Shown in pieces: positions 17,043-24,700 of a DNA stretch of 58,134 nucleotides. The DNA comes from an uncultured Candidatus Saccharibacteria bacterium (GTDB lineage Bacteria > Patescibacteriota > Minisyncoccia > Phycocordibacterales > Phycocordibacteraceae), in contig CAYITJ010000001.1 in assembly GCA_964366435.1 (NCBI GenBank), positions 1 through 58,134 on the forward strand. The letters are read 5' to 3'. The translations under genes and the position numbers were made by a program. Below the pieces are notes generated by a model. That model saw only the letters and a program-made list of their open reading frames with translations, ran no database searches and was not told the DNA's origin. Positions within the stretch are counted from its first letter, which is position 1; each line of letters begins with the position of its first letter.

Positions 17043-18233
17043 ATGTGGTTGACCCATCGAAGCAAAAGGTGCGCTGAACTCGATGATTGGGTTTTTCGCA
17101 GATTGTTGACCTTCTATCCGGAGGAGGAACTTCTCAGTCGTCCTGTGCTGGCAAAGTCACTTACGGATGGTGAGATTACGAAGGCGGATCTCCAGAAGGA
17201 GGCCAGCGTTCACTTCATCCCGTGGCAAATGTTTCTGCTGTCGAAGGACAAGCTCAAGGCCCAGTTGAGAAACATTGAAAGGGTGCGGCTGGACAAGATC
17301 CAGGTCGCCGAACTCTCAAGCCGCGCAGGTGGAGCCGGGCCGACGCCCTACCGGCTCATTGACCGCTACATTCGCACTCAGACTTTTCTAACGAGCACCG
17401 AAAGATACGATCCAAACCGGTTCAGCGGTTCGCTGAAAGGGCTGTCGGTCGAGCGATCAATCGGGCGGATCGAGGCGCACTTTGCAATAAATCGTGCCGA
17501 ACTTTGGGAAGCCTCTTCGAAGGAGAAGGCGCTGGAATATCTCATAGAACGGCTGGGGGACGGTCAGGTAAACGTGGCGCTCGGCACCTCGGAGGCGCGG
17601 CTGGTTCCCTCGTCGAAGAACCTTCGGTCGCTCTACAGGAATGTGAGCGGGTTCTGCCTGAAAGACGCCAGGGTGCCGTTCCTGTTTGTGAACATGAACA
17701 TGGCTGACGAAGAGGAGCCGGTTGGTCGCCGTCTCTATACGCTGACGCTCCTCCTCGTATTGGTTGGGCTCGGCGTCTTCTCCGTCACGCGCGACTGGAG
17801 GCCGGGACGGACCCCGCACCGAGCAAAGGACACGTACCTTCCTCATGCGCACAAGATCGTCTCAGAGTTCTTCCTTCCTAGCCCAGTCATAGCGGCCCAT
17901 CGTGGCCAGCAAGTTACGTCCGAGACCGTCCAAGAGGTCGCCACCCGATACAAGCTAACTCCAACCGCCGTGATCTATCGTTTCTGGAGGGAGAAGATCA
18001 TCACGGCGGCGGAAAGGGAGCTGCTGACGCAGCCTCCGGTGGCCATCAAGCGTCGGGCTCGGTCGCCCCGGATCGACAATGCAGTGCGCAAGCTCAACGG
18101 CCGGCTGGTCACTACTGCTGCCCAGAAAGCCTATGCTAGCGGCGCAATCACCGCGAACCAGGCACAGTACGTGTTGTTCGGAAGAATTAGCCGGAAGACG
18201 TGGCGCAAGTACAAGGCGCAATTGGGTCTATGA
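17043..18233 (+). CDS. ImmA/IrrE (M78)-like protein with a degenerate metal site (predicted pseudo-peptidase)
   Basis: FLFVNMN..GRRLYTLTLLLVLVGLG aligns to the usual RxRFTLAHELGHxxLH but without H/E/H. HAHKIVSEFFLPSP aligns to E.EAN.FA..fLmP. VATRYKLTPTAVIYRF aligns to the C-terminal helix of the family. Confidence 0.6.
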   Translation: MWLTHRSKRCAELDDWVFRRLLTFYPEEELLSRPVLAKSLTDGEITKADLQKEASVHFIPWQMFLLSKDKLKAQLRNIERVRLDKIQVAELSSRAGGAGPTPYRLIDRYIRTQTFLTSTERYDPNRFSGSLKGLSVERSIGRIEAHFAINRAELWEASSKEKALEYLIERLGDGQVNVALGTSEARLVPSSKNLRSLYRNVSGFCLKDARVPFLFVNMNMADEEEPVGRRLYTLTLLLVLVGLGVFSVTRDWRPGRTPHRAKDTYLPHAHKIVSEFFLPSPVIAAHRGQQVTSETVQEVATRYKLTPTAVIYRFWREKIITAAERELLTQPPVAIKRRARSPRIDNAVRKLNGRLVTTAAQKAYASGAITANQAQYVLFGRISRKTWRKYKAQLGL

Positions 18234-18676
18234 TTCGCATCCTGGACAACAATGCCCTCGATGCCCTGTACAAGAGCGCTCGCCGCTTGCGGCAGGAGCA
18301 CTGTTGCTATGTCCCTCCGGAGATTGTCGAGGAATTCACTGATGCTGACCGCGAAGAGAGTTGGCTGAGATCGCAGCCGTTGGTCAATCCCAGGATCGAT
18401 GAAGCGGATTTCCTTGCTCGCTACGCAATTCATATCAACCGATACAACGGCGTCTCATTCTACAATCAGAAGGGCTTTGGAGACGTTGCCATTCTGGCAA
18501 CGCTCGACATTCTTGTTGGAAGGCTTCCGTCTACTCGGGCACTCTCGCAGGAGCTTTTCCCGGAGGATCGAATTTTCTTGGTGAGTGACGATGGTAAGCT
18601 TCGGAAGGCGACTGCGAAGAACTTCGGAACCGATGTGACCGTTGAGACCGTCGAGGAGTTTCTATCGAGGTGCTAG
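18230..18676 (+). CDS. PIN-like nuclease-fold protein (DUF4411-like)
   Basis: Its ATG overlaps the upstream TGA (ATGA). Motifs are MIRILDNNALDAL, FGDVAILATL and FLVSDDGKLRKA, a PIN-like acidic-residue pattern. DUF4411 typically pairs with ImmA/IrrE genes. Confidence 0.6.
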   Translation: MIRILDNNALDALYKSARRLRQEHCCYVPPEIVEEFTDADREESWLRSQPLVNPRIDEADFLARYAIHINRYNGVSFYNQKGFGDVAILATLDILVGRLPSTRALSQELFPEDRIFLVSDDGKLRKATAKNFGTDVTVETVEEFLSRC

Positions 18677-18781
18677 CGGTAAGGCCGATGGGGGACGTAG
18701 ATGACTTTAGGGACGTAACGAGCCTCCTGACCGCATCTCTTGTCTGCGCTGAAGTTCGAACCTGGGCCCGAGCTGGTCCAC

Positions 18782-18823
18782 AAAATTAAAACCCCGATGC
18801 GCAAGCATTGGGGTTTTGATAAT
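18782..18823 (+). repeat. right half (W) of the interrupted insertion site, including a terminator hairpin at 18788-18817
   Basis: aaaattaaaaccccgatgcgcaagcattggggttttgataat is 38/42 identical to 20285-20326. It forms a 13-bp stem with a GCAA loop. Two stem differences between the copies are compensatory. Confidence 0.75.
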
Positions 18824-18832
18824 TTTGTAGGG

Positions 18833-18848
18833 CCGTACAGGATTCGAA
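18833..18848 (-). repeat. inverted copy of the tRNA-Ala(UGC) T-loop/acceptor segment
   Basis: ccgtacaggattcgaa is the exact reverse complement of 3043-3058 (ttcgaatcctgtacgg). Confidence 0.7.
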
Positions 18849-18973
18849 AGACGGAGGGGCGCGCTGAGAATCTCTTGAGCGAAGCAATTAGAGATTCCAA
18901 GTGCTCCTGGGGTGAAGACACGCGTAGTGTGTGGCCGAGTCCGGCCTGACGCACTTAACGAGTCTTCGACTTA

Positions 18974-20254
18974 GTGACGGGAGGCGAAAGCGTCTTCGCG
19001 TATCCTGTACGGTTCAACCCAAATAGGATACTTGCGTCTGGTGTGATGGAGTATAATCTTTCTATGAACATAGAAGACGCTGGAGGCAAGGGTCCTGAGA
19101 AGAAGGAACTTAGCGAGAATGAGAAAGAGTCCTTAATCAGAGGTACTCATTCATTCGATCAGTTGTATGCAGCTATAGATAAGATTGGCGCTTTTCAGGG
19201 AAGCCAAGAAACATTTGATGCGTCGCAACTCAGAGATAAGGTCGATCGTGCCCGAAGTGGCGCTATAGATATTACCTACATTACCCGTGCCCATGGGTTG
19301 CGGGAGACTGTGGCGCGCCTGCTTCAGTCCGCGACTTCAGATGAACAGGTAGTTACAGAAGAAGCTCCTGCGCTATCAAATCCAAGCGAGGAAGTGTCGG
19401 TGCCGACTGAAGCAGCATTAGCAGAGAGTCCTGAGTTGGAGGAAGCCCCCTTAGGTGGCTCAGCTATTGAAAGCCTGCCGCAGCAGGAAAAGCTTTCTGT
19501 CATTGATTTCACAGCCGAACAAATAGAGGATGCGAGGGAAGAGATGGAAGCAGAACTGCTCGAAAGGAAGAAAGTCGAGATAATTTCTAGGGCGGCCGAG
19601 GATGCTTCAAATGAACGTGTCAAGCAAATGGTTGTAAAGATAAATCGCAGCCTAAATGGCCGGGCTGAGGGTGCGAACGTTTGGGAAGGCGTTCGTGCTC
19701 AATTAGATCGGAGAGCTCAACAGGATTTGTCTTCACTTTTGCAGACCGTGCGTACTGAGGCTGAACCGAATTCCATCTTATCTCAAGTTGCTGCAGCGAT
19801 TGACAAGGATTATTCGACATCTCGAGGGGGTGTCGTGGACAACACCATTGCAGGGAGCCTTCTTTCCGAATATATTCAGGAACGCGGTACTGAACTTACG
19901 GGAGAGGAATTAGGAGAAGTTGAAGATGCTCTCCACCTGATTGGCCTATCTGCTCAACAGAAATTCTTTCAGTTCCAAAACGCGGAGCAGCTGAGGATTG
20001 TTGCACAAGCTCAGGAAGACTTAATTAGGTGTAACGATGAGTTTGATCCAGCGCGATCTGGGTTTTTTGAGTTGCGAAATGCTATGGAAAGTGCACGAGC
20101 TTCAATTCGGCTTGACTTGAACACTAAGCCAAACTATCAATATTCTCATCCAGAGTATTCAGTGAGAGATGGACACATCTTACGTGTTCTATCCAGCCTC
20201 CATACGATAGAAGCTCTGAAATTCCTCAAGGAACATGACATTGAAATTGAGTAA
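18974..20254 (+). CDS. hypothetical acidic protein (start uncertain; ATGs at 19046 and 19064 are alternatives)
   Basis: This long ORF of 426 aa has a Glu-rich central region and no recognised motif. The annotated 5' end overlaps the att-like repeat, so a later start is likelier. Confidence 0.6.
   Translation: MTGGESVFAYPVRFNPNRILASGVMEYNLSMNIEDAGGKGPEKKELSENEKESLIRGTHSFDQLYAAIDKIGAFQGSQETFDASQLRDKVDRARSGAIDITYITRAHGLRETVARLLQSATSDEQVVTEEAPALSNPSEEVSVPTEAALAESPELEEAPLGGSAIESLPQQEKLSVIDFTAEQIEDAREEMEAELLERKKVEIISRAAEDASNERVKQMVVKINRSLNGRAEGANVWEGVRAQLDRRAQQDLSSLLQTVRTEAEPNSILSQVAAAIDKDYSTSRGGVVDNTIAGSLLSEYIQERGTELTGEELGEVEDALHLIGLSAQQKFFQFQNAEQLRIVAQAQEDLIRCNDEFDPARSGFFELRNAMESARASIRLDLNTKPNYQYSHPEYSVRDGHILRVLSSLHTIEALKFLKEHDIEIE
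19002..19016 (+). repeat. direct repeat of the tRNA-Ala(UGC) 3' end (putative right att core of the island)
   Basis: atcctgtacggttca compares with atcctgtacggtcca at 3049-3063, a 14/15 match. Confidence 0.7.
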
Positions 20255-20259
20255 TCGGC

Positions 20260-20326
20260 TCTAATACCGTGCAAGAATGACCACAGAATTAAAACCCTAA
20301 TGCGCAAGCATTGGGGTTTTAATAAT
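20260..20326 (+). repeat. uninterrupted (empty) copy of the X|W insertion site, including a terminator hairpin at 20291-20320
   Basis: tctaataccgtgcaagaatgaccac|agaattaaaaccctaatgcgcaagcattggggttttaataat joins the X half seen at 14836 and the W half seen at 18782 across CCAC. Confidence 0.75.
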
Positions 20327-20344
20327 CGGGTATACTAATCCGTA

Positions 20345-20938
20345 ATGGATAGATTTCCTTCGGCTCCAGGTAGCAAAGTTGAAAGGCCCCCACAATTGCT
20401 TTCTGAGGTTGAGCCCATTATGGAGGGCGGTCTTGTTCTCCGTAAGAGGGAGGATATAGATAGGCTCGTAGAATTTCCGCTCGTAGATGCCTGCAGGGCG
20501 CTTTACGATAAGAACATTCAAACCTGGCAGTCGAGCGCTAATAAACAAGACTTGCTGAATGGGGCGGTGCGAATAACGATAGATTACGAGTCTCTTTCAG
20601 AAGAGAATAAACTGATTGCGGAAGAGATTGGAAAGTTATGGAAGTATGAAGAAAGAGAATTAGTGAGCCTATCTGTTCCTGTGTCGGAGGTCACCGTGAT
20701 TGCCGAAATTCAGACGCGCATGGGAGCTCTGGTTGATAGGCTCCTGCCTCAGCCTCCAGCATGGATTGAGGCAAGAACCGTTGATGATTTTAGTGCAATC
20801 TACGGCTCCAATTTAACGGAACAAGACCTAAAAGATTGGCCAGAGGAAGAGGGTGGTTGGTATTTCGATGAGAAGTCGCACTTGTTCTACCCTAGTGAGG
20901 AGCAGTTTAAGAAGGTTAAGGAGTATCAAGATAAGTAG
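20345..20938 (+). CDS. hypothetical protein
   Basis: This 197-aa ORF has coding-like composition and no motif. An internal Met (MEGGLVL) is an alternative start. Confidence 0.55.
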   Translation: MDRFPSAPGSKVERPPQLLSEVEPIMEGGLVLRKREDIDRLVEFPLVDACRALYDKNIQTWQSSANKQDLLNGAVRITIDYESLSEENKLIAEEIGKLWKYEERELVSLSVPVSEVTVIAEIQTRMGALVDRLLPQPPAWIEARTVDDFSAIYGSNLTEQDLKDWPEEEGGWYFDEKSHLFYPSEEQFKKVKEYQDK

Positions 20939-21023
20939 GAAAAATTTAATGGATTCCTGGTGGCGGGGTGATTTCTTTATGTAAAGTAGAAGAGCGCCGT
21001 ACCCGAAGGTCGTGCGCTCAGAG

Positions 21024-21443
21024 TCACCGATCCGCAGCCAGAGCCTGCGCGAGCGCGAAGAACTCCTTCGCGTCCGATGCGACTTCCTCGTCAGGGCAGA
21101 GGGCGTCAATGAAAGCGTTCATTCTCTGGTCAAGTACGAGCGCCATCATGGCAGGAAGTCCCTGGGTGCAGTCGTGAATTGCCAGCTGCAGTATGATGAC
21201 GACACCTTCGGCGACCTTTTCTTCACCCGCGTGCTGGGTGAGCAGCGGGTAGAACTTCTGCCTGAGGTGCGGCTCATCGTCTACTTTCAGCAGACGTTGG
21301 AGCATCTCCTCCGAAGAGGGGAGTGTGAATCTTTTGTCGAGCACGGGAATCTCCAATCCGTGTTGGTCTATATTCGCGATGCTTTGCGGCGGCAAGTAGT
21401 TCGACCACGCAAAGAACTGAGTATATTGTACTATAATATTCAT
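21024..21443 (-). CDS. hypothetical protein
   Basis: This 139-aa ORF is protein-like, whereas the overlapping plus-strand ORF is Arg-rich antisense-like. A UUCG-loop hairpin lies downstream at about 20985-21012. Confidence 0.55.
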   Translation of the reverse strand: MNIIVQYTQFFAWSNYLPPQSIANIDQHGLEIPVLDKRFTLPSSEEMLQRLLKVDDEPHLRQKFYPLLTQHAGEEKVAEGVVIILQLAIHDCTQGLPAMMALVLDQRMNAFIDALCPDEEVASDAKEFFALAQALAADR

Positions 21444-21726
21444 GTAATAGCAAGTACAGAGCTACTACTATCCCAACGAGTGCACTGCTGCTGCACACCA
21501 CTACTTATGTAGAGGAGGCTCCGTCCTCGCGCTATTCAATTACAGTTATTTCCTGAGCTGCCTGTAAACATTCTTACTTTCTTACACACATTACAGAGGT
21601 AGTAATATGCACAGTATGTACAACGCATAAACTGCTATAGACAGTCAGCACAAGGGGCGTACACTTATTTGTAATGACACTGGGGGTGTCTGGGGCTGGG
21701 AACATTACACACAAATATTCATTCGT

Positions 21727-24700
21727 ATGACCATTTCACAAAAGCTTACGAGCTTTGTGCGCGGTGCATCATTCGCATTTCTTGCGACTGCACTTTTATT
21801 CAGTGCTGGTCCAGGTGTAGCTTTTGCAGCTGCTCCCGTTGCCCTTGGTGATAGCTACACTGCCACCATCAACACCCCTTTGTCCGTGAATACGGCCAGT
21901 GGTGTTCTTGCGAACGATACTGACGACCTTGGTCCGCTTGCCGCTACAGCAGTAGTGGCAGGAGCGACGTCTCAGGGTGGAGTGTACGACCTGAGCGCAG
22001 ACGGTTCCTTTGTCTACACTCCTCTTACTGGATTCACCGGAGTGGACACGTTTGCCTACGAGGTGAACGATGCGGCCCTCGAGGGTCCGTCTGTTGCTTC
22101 TGTAGAAATCACGGTGGAGGACCCTTCTGTGGCAAATGTGGATACGGAGGTGGAGCTGGAGGCGGCTTTGGCTAATCCCGCTATAGAAACGATTAACATT
22201 ACCGACGATATAGTCGGTATCACTAATACCATTGTGGTAGATCGTGAAGTGACCATACAGGGAGGAGGGAATACTCTGACTTTCTCAGGACTGGAGTCAG
22301 CTACTCCAAATGACGAAGCGGTCACCATTGTTGCCCCCGCAACCATCAATAATTTGGTCATCGACGCAAATCTTGCGTCCACGACCTCATGGGTGGGGAC
22401 CTATGGTCTTCAGGTCTATAACTCTACAGCAACGCTCTCGGACATCACTGTGACGGGTGCAAACGGTGGAATGTACGCCAACAACTCAACTGTAGTGCTG
22501 TCGGGAACAATTACCGTATCTGGAAACGGATTTGGTGGTATTGAGTCATCAGGTGCGAGCGCCTCTCTAGATGTTTCAGGAGCCTCGTTGGTTAATACAT
22601 CAGAGGCGTACGGGTTTCCTACTATCTGGGAGGATGGCCTGACGGGCACAACAGTTGTTAACTACGGTTCCATTACTCGAATCACAAAGGGTGTGCAGTA
22701 TCAGTACTACCTTTCCGACGAGAATTCAAAGATTCCTCAGATAATCACCTTTGCTGACCCAGTAGATGTTATCTATGGCGACGCTTCGTCCATCGTTGTG
22801 GCGCCTACGGCAGATTCTGGCCTCACTGTTTCTGTGACAACCAGTGGAACGTGTACCAACACTGACTTCACCATTGACTTTAGTGTTGTGGGGACCTGTA
22901 CAGTAACCGCGTCTCAAGCGGGGGATTCAGAATATGCGCCTGCTGCAGACGTGGTTCAATCATTCGCTATCGCTCCTCGTCCAATTACGGTGCTCGCTAT
23001 TGCGGCAGACAAAGAATACGACACTACAACATCCTCATCAGGAGTTCCTATTCTTTCTGGCACCCTCGCTACAGGAGATGATGCAGTGTACACACAGACC
23101 TACGCGGACGAGAATGTAAACCCTGGTATTACACTCACACCACTTGCAACCATAACCAATGGTGGTGACAACGTAAATTCAAGCTACGCAATCACGTACA
23201 TGACTGCTAGTGGAAGTATCAGTGCCGTTTCTCTTACCCCCACAACGCTTGCCGCAAGCAAGACCTACGACGGAGATGTGGATACGACAGCTACGCCAAG
23301 CGTCACCCCGCTCAGCGGAGACGATGTAACGGCCACGTATGTGAGCGCTACCTTCGACACCAAGGATGTGGGAACCCTAAAGACCGTGACAGTGTCTGGC
23401 ATCGCCCTTGATGGAGCACAGGCAGGGAACTACACACTCACCAGCACCACTGCTGCCGCGCAGGCAAACATCACTCAGGCACTCCTCTCTGCAGAAGTGA
23501 CCGTAGACAACAAGGTATATGACAACACCACTGCGGCAACTATTAACGGATACACACCAGTAGGGCTTGTGGGTATTGAAGATGTAACGATTAACGGCGG
23601 AGTCGCAACCTTTGACACCGAGCACGTTGGAAACGGTAAGATCGTTTCAGTCTCAGGACTTAATCTTGTGGCTGACTCGGTATCAAGCAACTACAGCTTT
23701 ACCGATATCGACATCACAACCGCAGACATCACAGAACGTGCAATCACTGTGACTGCCGTAACGGACACCAAGGTTTACGACGCTACGACCGCATCTGCGG
23801 GTGTGCCAGTCATCACAGGGCTTGGTCTCGCAGCGGGCGATACTACCGGATTCTCTCAGGTGTTTGACGACGTAGAGGCAGGAACAGGCAAGACGCTCTC
23901 TGCAGAGGGTGCTGTGAACGACGGCAATAATGGAGACAACTATGCAGTGACTCTAGCGACGGCACTCGGAACCGTAACGAAGGCACCGCTCACCATTACT
24001 GCAGACAACAAGACCAAGGTGTATGGAACAGCTAATCCTATTGCCACTGCAACCTACACTGGCTTTATGGGTGGAGAGGATGAGTCTGTGCTTGATACAG
24101 ACGTAACGCTTGTAATTGTGGCTAATAGCCAGACAGACGTAAACAATCACCCAATCACTGCGTTTGGTGCCGCAGACGATAACTACGCAATAACGCACGT
24201 AAACGGAAACTTGGAAATCACCAAGCTTCCCATTACCGCACTCGTCGTTGCAGACGATAAGGTATACGACGGCACCACTGATGCTGATGTAGCACTCACG
24301 CTCGACGGCGTGCTCTTCGCAGACGTGGTGACCGTTAGCAACACCGGCGCAGACTTCGACACGCAGGATGTGGGAACCCTAAAGACCGTCACTGCATCAG
24401 GCATTACGCTTGGTGGCGCTGACGCAGGCAACTACAGCATCACTGCTACGGCAACGGATACTGCAGACATCACTGTTGCGCCGCTTAGCGTGACCGCACT
24501 TCCTGCTACCAAGGTGTATGGAGATTCAGATCCTGAGTTCTTCTACACTTCAACAGGACTTATGGCAGGGGACTCATTTGCTGGAGCACTTGGACGCACT
24601 GTGGATGAGGGTGAGGACGTAGGTTTCTACGCGATAGATGAAGGTAGCCTGGATGCAGGGAGCAACTACGGTCCGGTCGTATTCACGTCTGCGAATCTGG

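Larger units (their letters stand above)
14861..18781. mobile_element. 3.9-kb high-GC, recombinase-less insertion carrying the KAP NTPase / ImmA-like / PIN-like module
   Basis: It is flanked by the X half-site (14836-14860) and the W half-site (18782-18823), which are contiguous at 20260-20326. CCAC is found at both junctions. Sampled lines are about 57-65% GC, against about 45-48% in the flanking island. Confidence 0.6.
3064..19001. mobile_element. composite integrated island at the 3' end of tRNA-Ala(UGC)
   Basis: The tRNA 3' end atcctgtacggtcca (3049-3063) recurs as atcctgtacggttca at 19002-19016, a 14/15 match in direct orientation. Content is recombinases, a PrimPol-helicase and cargo. 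Composition is visibly lower in GC than the core, apart from a nested high-GC block. Confidence 0.6.

Noticed and set aside
14861-18781. This reading treats the high-GC block as a transposon with a 4-bp target-site duplication (CCAC).
   Set aside because: The ends show no terminal inverted repeats (ttggaaaatc... against ...gagctggt) and there is no transposase gene. Site-specific recombination with a short core fits better.
18744-18782. This is a possible tRNA or tRNA 3' end (gaagttcgaacctgggcccgagctggtcca).
   Set aside because: I found no T-stem or acceptor pairing in either orientation. Similarity to real tRNAs is limited to the palindromic gttcgaacc core. I treat it only as the right-end sequence of the insertion.
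14723-20326. This reading treats the repeated sites as integron attC sites or a gene-cassette array.
   Set aside because: The motif does not contain the GTTRRRY/RYYYAAC core sites. No tyrosine IntI-type integrase or attI is present. The hairpins look like ordinary GNRA-loop terminators.
21012-21512. A 166-aa plus-strand ORF overlaps the 139-aa minus-strand ORF.
   Set aside because: Its Arg/Leu/Val-rich composition is typical of an antisense frame. The minus-strand product looks more protein-like and has a downstream hairpin.
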